Positions 10,485-20,000 of a DNA stretch of 20,000 nucleotides are shown here, in pieces. The number at the start of each line of letters is the position of its first letter. The first letter of the stretch is position 1. The translations under genes were made by a program, and so were the position numbers. The notes beneath the pieces are model-generated. The model made no database searches. It saw only the letters and a program-made list of their open reading frames with translations, and was not told the DNA's origin. The stretch lies in contig JALDZS010000054.1 of assembly GCA_022813965.1 (NCBI GenBank), forward strand, positions 111,059 to 131,058, written 5' to 3'. Source of the stretch: Toensbergia leucococca. Its lineage: Eukaryota.

Positions 10485-13400
10485 TCAATACCTCAATTTT
10501 CCAACAATAGAAAACGTATACGCCGTCTCCGCTTCGCTTTTCATCTACAGTAAAAAAAAAACAAGGTCAGCTCACGATTCCTAGCCACGACCTCAGGCAT
10601 GCTCATTTTAAGCAAGCAAGCTCGCGAAGACAAAAACACCAGGAAAAAAAAACATACCTGAATCATATAAACCCTCGCCCTCCCCCCACCTACCCCACCC
10701 ACGGCCCCCACAACCCCCACCTCCCCATTCGGCCCCACCACATCCTCCCACACACTCAACGCAATCCCCGTTCTTGCCACCCTCTCAAAACAACTCTCCC
10801 CTAAACAAACATCCAGCAAAATCTCCCCCTTCGTCTTCCCATTAATCAATATCCTCTTCTCATTCCCACCCAAATGCGCCGTGCCCGATAACCGCGGCGA
10901 AAGCCCTTCGGACGGGGACGCCACGTTGGTGGGACGCATGATGGTCAGGCGGGCGGAACCCATGTCGCGCCATCGGGAGGCCGTCTCGCGGGTATAGAGG
11001 CGGATCTTAGCATTGCTGAGACCAATCGGAGCGGCTTTGCTGGAATCGAGAGGTGGGAGAGGGGAGCTGGCTCCGCTACCGCTAGAGTTGTCGGAGCTAG
11101 TGTAAATGCTGTTAGATCCGCTGCCGATACGGGAGCTGATGGTGCTGCGTGCGATATTGAACAGACCGCCTCCACTGCCTTTGCCGAAGCGCCGGAGAGC
11201 TGAAAATGCGCTACTCATGCTGCCAATGCTGCTCTCGCTGGGTGCAATGCTTGGTGTTGGTGCACTACTGGCACGATAGCCGGAAGATCCCCCCCAGCTG
11301 CCAAACCAGGAGCTGGATCTTGATCCTCCAGCACGAATACTGGCGCGACGATCCATTGATGCGGCAAACGAGCTGCCTTGGTTAAAAGGGCCACGAGCAT
11401 TTTGAAGCGCTATATATGTGGGATTATTGATGCGAGAATGGTTGATTAGCGCATAAAGAGCCTCACACTCTTCCGGATTACGAGATCGGAACATGATGTT
11501 GTTACCAGATGTGATTTGTGAATTAGGCGTTGGAGGAGAGCGTATAGAAATATCTAGAGCAGTGCCACGCCGAAGAGGCACGAGAGGTGTGAGCTCGAGG
11601 GCGACCAAGGGCCTTTCATGTTGATCTTCCTTGGAGGATGTAAGATTGCTTGCTAGGTCAGAGAAAGCATCGAGATCAAGTACCGGCGTAGATGATGCAA
11701 GTGGTTTGCTTTCAGAGTGTGCCGCAGACATCATGTAAGCTTCTATCAATCCAGGTGTGATTATGATGCTGCACTCATCGGCGTGGAGACTTTGCCATGA
11801 GCCTGATTCGGACCACGAGAAGATGCAAGCAATCGTTTTAGATGCTTTGGCTGGCTGGATAGGAACGCTTCTATAAGGCGCTTGGGAAGGGGATTGAGAG
11901 GGGGAAAGCGTGCCATTCGGGAGAGAGTACAAAGATCCTTGCGGTGATACCTTTGGGAACCGCTGGAGAGCACCAAGAGGAAGCAACGGCGTCGGAGCGT
12001 CTCCATCTTCCAATTCTTCATCGTCAGAAGAGTCCGATACTGACGTGGCCTCGTTGTGCTCCACCGTAGAGTTGTCTGAGTCGGTATCAGACTCTGAAGC
12101 CGTTGATGGCTCGTACTCATGCTTTAAGGGTGACGAAGATCTTCTTCGAGTCTTAACAGCTGAGGCCGAAGGAAGGACGGGTGTATGAGATCCCTTTAGC
12201 TGAACAGGGCTTGGTGAACGATGAGTTGGAGAAGTGACGATGTCGGGTGGTTTTGGCGTTGGTTCCACTGGACGCCTCTTGGTCAGTTTTGAAGGCTTAT
12301 GCGGTTGCTCGCCCTCCAGTGTTGAAGGCCACTCCGACTCCTGATCTGTTTCGTTGATCAGGGTGGCCGGCGGGCTTTCCCTCCGCACCTTTGCAATGTG
12401 TGGTAGATCCCTTGATGGCACAGACGACTTTGACCGGTGATAGGTAGGTCGATTTTTATCTTCTCGATTCTCAAGGAGAGGTTTGCTACTTCTGATGACA
12501 CCCTGTTCCGGAGGCTCCGGTGACAAGGACCCTTGAGCAATTGGGCTCGCCGTTGCTGGCAGATTCGGGTCATGGAATTCTTTGGTACCTGTTGCCGACA
12601 TCTGGATCTCACTATCATAGTAGGACCCTCTTGCCGATTTAGGGCTCGTCGATAGGCCTTCAATATGTTTACTGTGTCTCCATGCCTTTGACCGCCTCAA
12701 CCCTGAACTGGGAGTGCTGCCAGTCAAGCTCATCGCTTCGTCAAAGCTTCTTGGTGTCTCTACTACTTCAAAAGATTGCACGTCCCCGTCGGACCTTTGA
12801 CTCGGGAGTGTATAGATATCGCTTCCCTCGCTCTGCTGATCTGGCATTGGCTTTGCAGGGGTAAATGGTAAATTTTCTATTGGTCTTTTCTGCAGTCTGG
12901 CCCTTTCTCTAGGTGGCGAAGGCGCTGGTGATACATTAGTTCCATCTGGGGCAGGGGAATCTGTCCACGTCTTCGACGCGCCCCTGGCCTGCTCTCCGAT
13001 CGGTATCTCAATCTCCCTTGGGCTAGGCGTTCTGCTCTTTCCAGGCGTAGTGGGAGTAACAGGGAGCGCGAGTCCTGATGCAGTGGGAATTAGCGAGGAC
13101 CTTTTTCGCCCGTGTCTGGCGATAAAGCTCTGAGTTCTGGTGATCTTCGGGGGTATGGGCGTCAATCCGAGCATTTGAACCCATTCAAATCCTGTTTGCT
13201 CGTCTTCTGTCCGCAGCGACAACAATTCCTGCCATTCAAGACCATTGCCTTGCAGACCTCTAATCATGATCACAATCTCTGATTTAAGATCCCCATTTCG
13301 AGCTGAGACACGGCCGGACTGCACAGGCGGAAGAAGCAACCATCTGCCTGTACCATCGACTTCACAGATCAGGAGGTCACCGCCGCTTCCCTGGACAGAA

Positions 13401-16084
13401 AAATCATCGCGAAGTAACAGCTCGACACGACAATCAACACACTGTCCACTCGAATGCTGGAAGGCAAGATTAAAGTGGTCTCTTGCTCGTACACGACGAG
13501 TTTTATCGATACTGACTCCTGTTAAAGGACCAAGCGTACGTGGATCCCGAGCTCGAGTAGTGTCTATACTTGCGGCTGCTTCATCTTCTAATCTCGCACG
13601 TTCCTCGTTCGACCGATGTCGTGCGTCAATAACCAGATTTTGATACTTTGTAGCCAAGGCATCGGCTTCTACAGATGGTTTGACAAAGTTGATACCCTTT
13701 AGTGTCTTGGCGAGGTACTTGAGTCTCACCAGGGGCCTTTTGAGTAGGAAAGCGACGTCGACTCTCTCACCATCCCCATTTACAACATCTCCATCTTTGT
13801 TCCTTGGAAGTCCTTCGTCAAGACCTTTGTTCTCGCCGTCTTCTGCGGCAGGCGCGAGATTGACCACGACATCCTGAAAGCCCATTCGCCAAGCTTTTAA
13901 ATATTCAGTATAAACCTTTTGCGCGCCTTGAGCCCACGTTAGTAGTGCGTCGGAATCCTGTTGCGGAACGCGTCTGTGCAAAGTCTTCAGTCTTTCGAGT
14001 GCAATTCCCATGTCCACGATTGGCCTCGTGAAATTTGGATCGTTGTGAGCATTTCCAGATGGCCTGAAGAGGCCCGCTGCAATGGCGGAATCCGATTTGG
14101 ACAGTACGCATGTCAAAAGCACAGGAATGACACCATCGACCAAAGTTCGCAGCTCCCGCATGTATTTACTTTCATCTGTGGCTAATTCTTTCATGACGTC
14201 CTCGATTGTAGCTGTGGCAAGTCGACTCCGATTAGTGCGTATGCTTCGAGCAGACTGTATGCTTTTATTCCCAGCTCTAGGTAGAGAAAGAATGGAGATA
14301 AGATCAGCGTGTTTGGCTAGACGGCTCTTGCTTGGCCTTCGGTCTAGGGAATCGGGATCGAAGCAGTCTCTTGCCTCAGCCTCGGTCTCGTCGTGGAAGT
14401 TCTGGGGTGGCTGCGCTGTTGCTTCTGAGGCTTCAGATATCGATGGCGGTGCCGTACTCTCTCTTGTTTTAAATGTCTCAACGGACGCAATCGTAGACAG
14501 CTTGTGTCTGCCAGTAGACGGGAAAGGCCGCTTAACGTTGAGTCCAGGAGGTCGTAGAATTCGATTGGGACTGCAGGGTTCCACTGAGGATATAGTATCT
14601 GCAGATGAAATTGTAGAAATATCGTCCTTCTCAACAAATTGGCCCTTCAAAGGAGATGTAGCTGGCTGTTTGTGAATCGGTGAAACATAATCCCTCTTAG
14701 CCCCTCTCCTTTTTAGTAAAGGAGGCGACGGCTGCGGCATGTCATTCACAAGATCAATCAATTTTGAAGCAGAGACACTCCCTTCCGGCGAGCCGCTAAG
14801 GGGCGTTTCCAAATTGAGATCGGCTGGAAACGGATTGTCTTCATACAAGGCTGAGCTTGGAATTCGCCTCCGTCTTCTGCTACCAATGTGACTCCGTCTC
14901 GTAGAATCTTTAGAATCGAGAGTCTCCCATATCTTGTTAGGGTCATCTGGAATAGGCTCTTTTGGCATGACTTCTATCCGGTTTGAAGTCGATTTCAGGG
15001 GGAGAGGTATCTCGATGAGAGGCTCCTCTGCATCCACGAAGGGATCGGGCATCTCACTTAACCATGTTTCAATACTCGGAATTCTCGGCGCAGATATCGG
15101 AACAAGTTCTGGTTTGGCAAACATCTTCTTAGACTCATCAAAGACATGAGTAAGGATATTACTCTTGTGGGATTTTGCACTTCCCCTAGTCTCCGAGAAT
15201 CCACCTTGAGCAGAACGAGGCGATTTTTCTAGAATTCCATCTTTTTGATGACTGCTTTTTCGTCTCCTCGTCTCCTCGTTGGCCGTAGTCGTTTCGAGCC
15301 GAGGAGATTTCTCTGGCGTTGGTCGACTTCTGCCTTTGACGATATCATTTTTCTTCGGGGGTGAGGGAGCACTTTTGGAGCTTGCTCTCTCCACATCAAT
15401 ATTCTTCTCACTTCCACTCTCGGCTTCGTCATCGGGATGTGGGCGTCGATGTTCGGTATGTCTCCGCGAGCTTGGTGGGGTCCTGTACACCCTGATCCCA
15501 TCGTCATTGCTCATGCTCCCCTTTCTCGATGTGTCCCGACTGGCATCTTTCTTACGTTTCGCGTCTGACGTCGATACATATACTGGCTTTACTCGAATCC
15601 CATCGTCAGGCCTTTTCTTTTTTGAGATTGCTTCTTGTTCTGTTGCAAGAGAACTCGCGCCTTTCGGTGGACTTCTCTTTTTCCGCCAATGTGCATCGCT
15701 CACCACCCGCTTTCTCGGCGCGCTGCCGCTTCTGTTCCGATCCTCACCCTCGTGGTCAACCCTACTACTTTGCCTGCCGCTTCTCTTCGATGGTATACCC
15801 GAGCTCTCGATTCCTGTAGAGACACTCTTACTTCCAAGCGGGTTAGGTCTGTTTTCACTCTTTGGCGTCCCATTTTGACAGTTGATCTCCTCTTCATCTT
15901 CTGCGTAGATGTCCGGAGCAGTAATCACTCCTCCACCGGATGCCTGCCATTGACGAACAATGTCACGAACAGAGTTTGTGTCGTGCGGTCCCAGCGGTTT
16001 TCCAGCATCAACAGATTTCGGTTTTGGAGAACTGTTATCACCGCGGCGGTTTGGTGTGCGCTTTGGAGTCGAAGGGGAGGGCAT
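10485..16084 (-). CDS. Large uncharacterised protein (~1828 aa) with divergent DH/RhoGEF-like domain and PH-like domains
   Basis: Exon 16084-10658 (first in-frame ATG, MPSPSTPKR), 113-nt intron 10657-10545 (GTATGT...CTGAC...TAG), last exon 10544-10485 encoding MKSEAETAYTFSIVGKLRY*. ELATDESKYMRELRTLVDGVIP and FLLKRPLVRLKYLAKTLK resemble the DH conserved regions CR1 and CR3. Beta-rich PH-like segments follow, and long S/P/R-rich disordered linkers separate the domains. The gene is near-certain; the domain calls are inference and the start is slightly uncertain. Confidence 0.85.
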
Positions 16085-17128
16085 CTGGTCCTGCAGGGCG
16101 ATTGTTCTTAGCACTATACTAGGTAGCACTGATCTTGGCTTCAAATACAAGGCATCAGGTCTTGTATGAGATGAGTTCTACACGTAACCGGTGCGCGAGG
16201 ATTTGTTTACCTACCTTGAGCAAGCTTCATCTGCGTAGTTTGAAAGCGCAGTTCTACTCAACAATATCTCAATACACAAAGCTCTTCGTGAGTGCAAGTG
16301 CACCTTCTTGGTAAATTTGGTAATTGGCTGATGAAGGTGAAAATGTTAAATCTTGAAGGCTTGACCAGTCAGAGCCCATAGCAACACAACGCACGCTTGC
16401 ATCAGCACCGGTAACCGCGCGATTGGTTAAGAGCCAAAAGATCAAGCTTTTCGGTCTTCAGTCTTAGTTAAAATGCCTTGACTGACTACTTAGGTATCTC
16501 CGTCGTCTTCAAAAAGAAGTGTTGACAATCTCAGCGGTGCAGATATTCGATAATCGAGATTGGTGTTTGTTTGTTTACATATGATTTCATAACACCATAA
16601 TTGAGTACTACCAAATGTTTATTCAGCTCCCGTTACACTGGCCTCCTATGCTGAGTTTGCAATACATTCATACTGCTCTCAACAGACCTTTTGATCGTTG
16701 TTTACTTTCGCTATCCTACCGAGTACCGGCGAGGCCTTTCTCGGGAAATTGTAGTGTGGCATCATTATCCTGTGTGACTACTAATTCAAGCACGCAAGAC
16801 ACGGGTCTATAGCATAAATCTCTCCAAACGTTCTGGCAAAAACCTGATTTTGCGTTCGAGGAAAAGTACGATTATCGTGGTTGAAGATCTTAGCCCCTAA
16901 AGAATACTGCATGCCAATGACCAAACCAGTAGAGTCAAAGATAAGAATTCGAATCTAGTATATTCGTTTATCCTCTGAATCATACGCCTAACACCATGCT
17001 CGTATATGTAGACCTCGTTCGAGGGGAGTGAACATTCTCAAGCTGAGCAGATTGAGCGGAGCATTCGAGGCAGGTCCAATACTTATAGATCAAAATTTGT
17101 TCATTGGGCTTGTGGCCAATGATGAGGG

Positions 17129-18112
17129 TCAATTAGACTTTTTGACAAGACCATTTGACTGTACGCTCTTCAATGTATCGTCCTGCGCTTTGAAAGCCTC
17201 AGCACTGGCAGCGATACTGCTATAGAGAAGGGCTATTGCCAATCATTAGTATCCGACCAAATATCTCCTGCAGGTAAACGTCAATGGATAAGCTGCTTAC
17301 AGCCTGGTATAACAATCCAGATGAAGTTCATGAAAAAGTAATAGCCCCAGAAATAATAAGCTTCTGGCCGGCAGTAGGTGAGACCTTTATGATAATGGTC
17401 AAACATGCTTGTCGCATAATATAGAATATCGCCGTAGATTTGGCCCAAAGAAACCAGGGCTTGTAAAGGGTGACGCAGAGGATGTTGAGACGTGATGAGT
17501 AACGCAACAGCGAAGGACAGAGGGCCCCAGAAGAACTAGCAGATACAGTCAGCTTTCGGCTCCTCAAGATCTCGTGATCCTGAAAGGGATTAACAAGGAA
17601 CTAACAGCTGTGCAGGTCTCCATACACAGGACGAAGGGGTCCGAAGTCAAATATCGAGAGTCCGAGAGAGAGTATTCCTTCCATAGTTGCCCAAAGAAAT
17701 CCAGGTTGCCCCCCAGTTGAGCATGGTTGAGAGAGAAGTAGCCTACAAATTTTTAGTAGTCCTTTACGCTTGCCAGTGGGATAGATGTAGAGACGCACCC
17801 TCAAAGAAAAGATGTATAGTTCCAGCTGGCGTAGTATAGAGTATTAGCATATGATAGCAGCTCACACTTTAGGAGTATGAACTCACTCAACACAAACCAC
17901 AAGATAGCTGCTTTGTCCCAGCCCGGAAGGTTTGGATTATGGCGTTTGACCAAGGCAAGCGTCGCTGAGAGGATTACAGCCCAACCTCCAGCAAAGATGC
18001 TAAGCATTTGGGGGACGGACCAATCATTGGCCAAATAACCCACAAGTTCAATCTCGACTGGATAGAAAGGGTGGGGAGGGAGCGGTATGTTAGTTGTGTT
18101 TATGGCGTCCAT
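17129..18112 (-). CDS. EBP/EXPERA-family membrane protein (3-beta-hydroxysteroid delta8-delta7 isomerase-like), 242 aa
   Basis: Exons (minus): 18112-17887, 17825-17799, 17742-17606, 17535-17301, 17232-17129; 729 nt, all GT-AG with consistent phases. Diagnostic EBP motifs: PPHPFYP, WFVLTGTIHLFFEGYF, QLWKEYSLSDSRYLTSDPFVLCMET, LGQIYGDILYYATS, YFWGYYFFMNFIWIVIP. C-terminal KKSN* is a KKxx ER-retrieval signal. Confidence 0.93.
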
Positions 18113-19054
18113 GGCGAAGATGATGAGGCTTGTAGATGTGTACTTGTAGTTGCAGGAAGCTGCAGAGAGTTGGATTCCACGGAGCAACGTACAATTGTTC
18201 TAGTTGTTGATGGTAGTCGTAGAATACTCGTAAGGGTCTCGATGATCGCCAGGGTCTGATCAGCTGAAACGTTTGGGTGATCCCAAGAGTCTACGAGATT
18301 GGAATTATCTCTGCTTTAAGCAGCAAAACTACAGCTAAACATGACGATAAGAAACAAATCGTGTTTAACAAGCTGTCCACTCACAAAACGAGTCTCCAGT
18401 CTGCTGACAGCCATGGTTGGCCAGGTCAGAGTAAACATTGACGTATGCCTATCAATCAGGTTTTGCTAACAACTTCACAGCTTCGCCTTGCGGCAGCACG
18501 TGAGTGGTTCAATTGCTGCCTAAGACGTTGTCTTATTCGGGCCAATCATATCTACCTCATTCTTTTCATGAACACGAGTGATGTCCTTCCCTTCCTGAGG
18601 TATCTCCAAAGTGAGGAAGCGATTCTGAGGGACGAATTTCTACAATAAGATGCTTTACCACTAAAGTCTGCACAGTAATACTGTGCCCTTCTGCCCTCCT
18701 CATGCCTCCCGCAAGAAAATATTGCTGCCTTCCTTCTGCCAACCGAAAAAATTTATGAGATGATCAAATCCATCACTGGAAATTTGGGTTTCAAATTTAC
18801 GTTACTCATATCCGTACCCCGTACCTACCTTATGGGCGTCAATATGAAGGCGCACACCGTATAGACATAGTAATAGTATGATGTCATTAAAAATATTGGT
18901 TGATCTCAATGACCAGCCCAACCTAGTGTATTAACAAGTATGATTAGTAGATTATTTTAGTTATGCAAAGGATAACTATGACGCTTGCCTATAATTAATC
19001 TATTGCACAACAGTGTTAGAATTAAAACAGTGTTAAGTGAATTACATTGTAGAT

Positions 19055-19076
19055 AAATTAATTAATTAATTAATTA
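19055..19076. repeat. (AATT)n microsatellite
   Basis: AAATTAATTAATTAATTAATTA, about five tetramer copies. Confidence 0.7.
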
Positions 19077-19226
19077 TACAATGGATTATTAATTTATAGA
19101 TACTATCATTAAAATTAATTACAGATTTTATAAACACTACTATTTACTTAATTAATGCTTAGACACAAAATTACTAAGAGAAAGTTTATTATTTTATATC
19201 ATATCTTGTCTCAATTCTTCTTTACA

Positions 19227-19640
19227 TAGATAGATAATTAGTATAAGAATTTAAATCAGATAGATAAAAAAGATCTATTTAGATCATTTTGTATGTAAGA
19301 TTGTCACAATTTCTCAGATAAATAAATCATTAACATGAGAATTTAAATCAGATAAATAAAGAAGATCTACTTCAGTCTTTTGTACTGAAGATCTATAATC
19401 ATTTTGTATGTAAAATTATTACAATTTTTTAGACAGATAAATCATTAGCATCAGAATTTAAATCAGGTAAATGAAGAAGATTTATATAGATTAATTTGTA
19501 TATAAAATGTTACAATTTCTTAGACAGATACATTATTAACATAAGGATTTAAATTAGATAAATAAAGATCTACTTAGGTTATTTTATATGTGAAATTATT
19601 ACAATTTTCTAAGCAGGTAAATAATTAACATAAGAATTTT
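19227..19640. repeat. Tandem array of ~90-bp units (4 full plus 2 partial copies)
   Basis: The anchor AGAATTTAAATCAGA, or a close variant, starts at 19246, 19338, 19453, 19544 and (partial) 19633, giving periods of 92, 115, 91 and 89 bp. Shared internal blocks: AAGATCTA, TTTTGTATGT, TTACAATTT, ATTAACAT. Confidence 0.9.
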
Positions 19641-20000
19641 AGTTAATTGCTAAATAATTAATAAGATAAATATAATATACAAGATACCTTAAGTGAATAA
19701 AGAAAAAGTCTTATCTTTTTTATCTAAGATTAATACTGCACTGACACTGTTCTGATATTATTATTTAGCTTGAAATAGTAGTAAAACAGTGTTTTAATTA
19801 TAGCTATGTTTCTTAATAATAACAGCTTGTAAAGAAAACTATCTCTTTTACTGTTATATCTGCAGTTATTTATTAGTGTTATTATAGAGATTAGTACTTG
19901 AGTAGAGCAATTAATCAAATTATTAGAATTATACTTTAATTTCTTTTGTAAACATGTAAATAAATCTTTTCTTCTCAGTCACAATAATCTATCATATCTT

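Larger units (their letters stand above)
18860..20000. mobile_element. AT-rich, RIP-like degraded repeat/transposon relic (class unassignable; continues past window end)
   Basis: Shift from ~50% GC gene-rich DNA to very AT-rich DNA over about 18860-19020. Abundant TpA, no CpG seen after 18983, few CC/GG, no intact ORF. This matches the AT-rich blocks left by repeat-induced point mutation in ascomycetes. No TE protein motif or terminal repeat recognised; the left boundary is approximate. Confidence 0.65.

Noticed and set aside
10541..10657. Hydrophobic C-terminus VCFFFLVFLSS...FFFYCR of the 1869-aa ORF
   Set aside because: It is read-through of a canonical intron (GTATGT...CTGAC...TAG). Splicing gives a more protein-like end, MKSEAETAYTFSIVGKLRY*.
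11761..16169. Antisense and alternate-frame ORFs up to 199 aa within the large gene
   Set aside because: These are expected shadow ORFs of a long coding sequence and have no independent support.
670..18112. Functional gene cluster linking the four genes
   Set aside because: Phosphate carrier, TF, DH/PH protein and sterol isomerase-like gene share no evident pathway, and no biosynthetic backbone enzyme is present. This looks like an ordinary core-genome neighbourhood.
18497..18502. CACGTG E-box upstream of the EBP-like gene (possible SREBP/bHLH site)
   Set aside because: A single 6-mer is expected by chance; there is no supporting cluster.
19227..19640. CRISPR-like array
   Set aside because: The context is eukaryotic, the units are similar along their whole length with no unique spacers, and there are no cas genes.

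Overview
Eukaryotic nuclear DNA from a filamentous ascomycete (Pezizomycotina-type short GT-AG introns with CTRAY-like branch points). I reconstructed four intact spliced genes by hand. (1) A mitochondrial phosphate carrier (MIR1-like, minus strand, 4 exons, 327 aa). (2) A Zn(II)2Cys6 transcription factor with a C-terminal fungal-specific TF domain (plus strand, 5 exons including a 13-nt microexon, 623 aa). (3) A ~1828-aa uncharacterised protein with a divergent DH/RhoGEF-like domain and several PH-like modules (minus strand, 2 exons). (4) An EBP/EXPERA-family sterol isomerase-like membrane protein (minus strand, 5 exons, 242 aa). The last ~1.1 kb is an AT-rich, CpG-free, RIP-like relic containing a ~90-bp tandem repeat array. 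I see no clear-cut new multi-gene system. The best leads are the 3.1-kb 'empty' convergent intergenic region (alternating strand skew, duplicated HSE-like sites, a repeated AATATT-N4-GCGGGAAGGA motif), the DH/PH protein, a possible spliced orphan gene at 4033-4488, and an intron that resembles a copy of the adjacent microexon.
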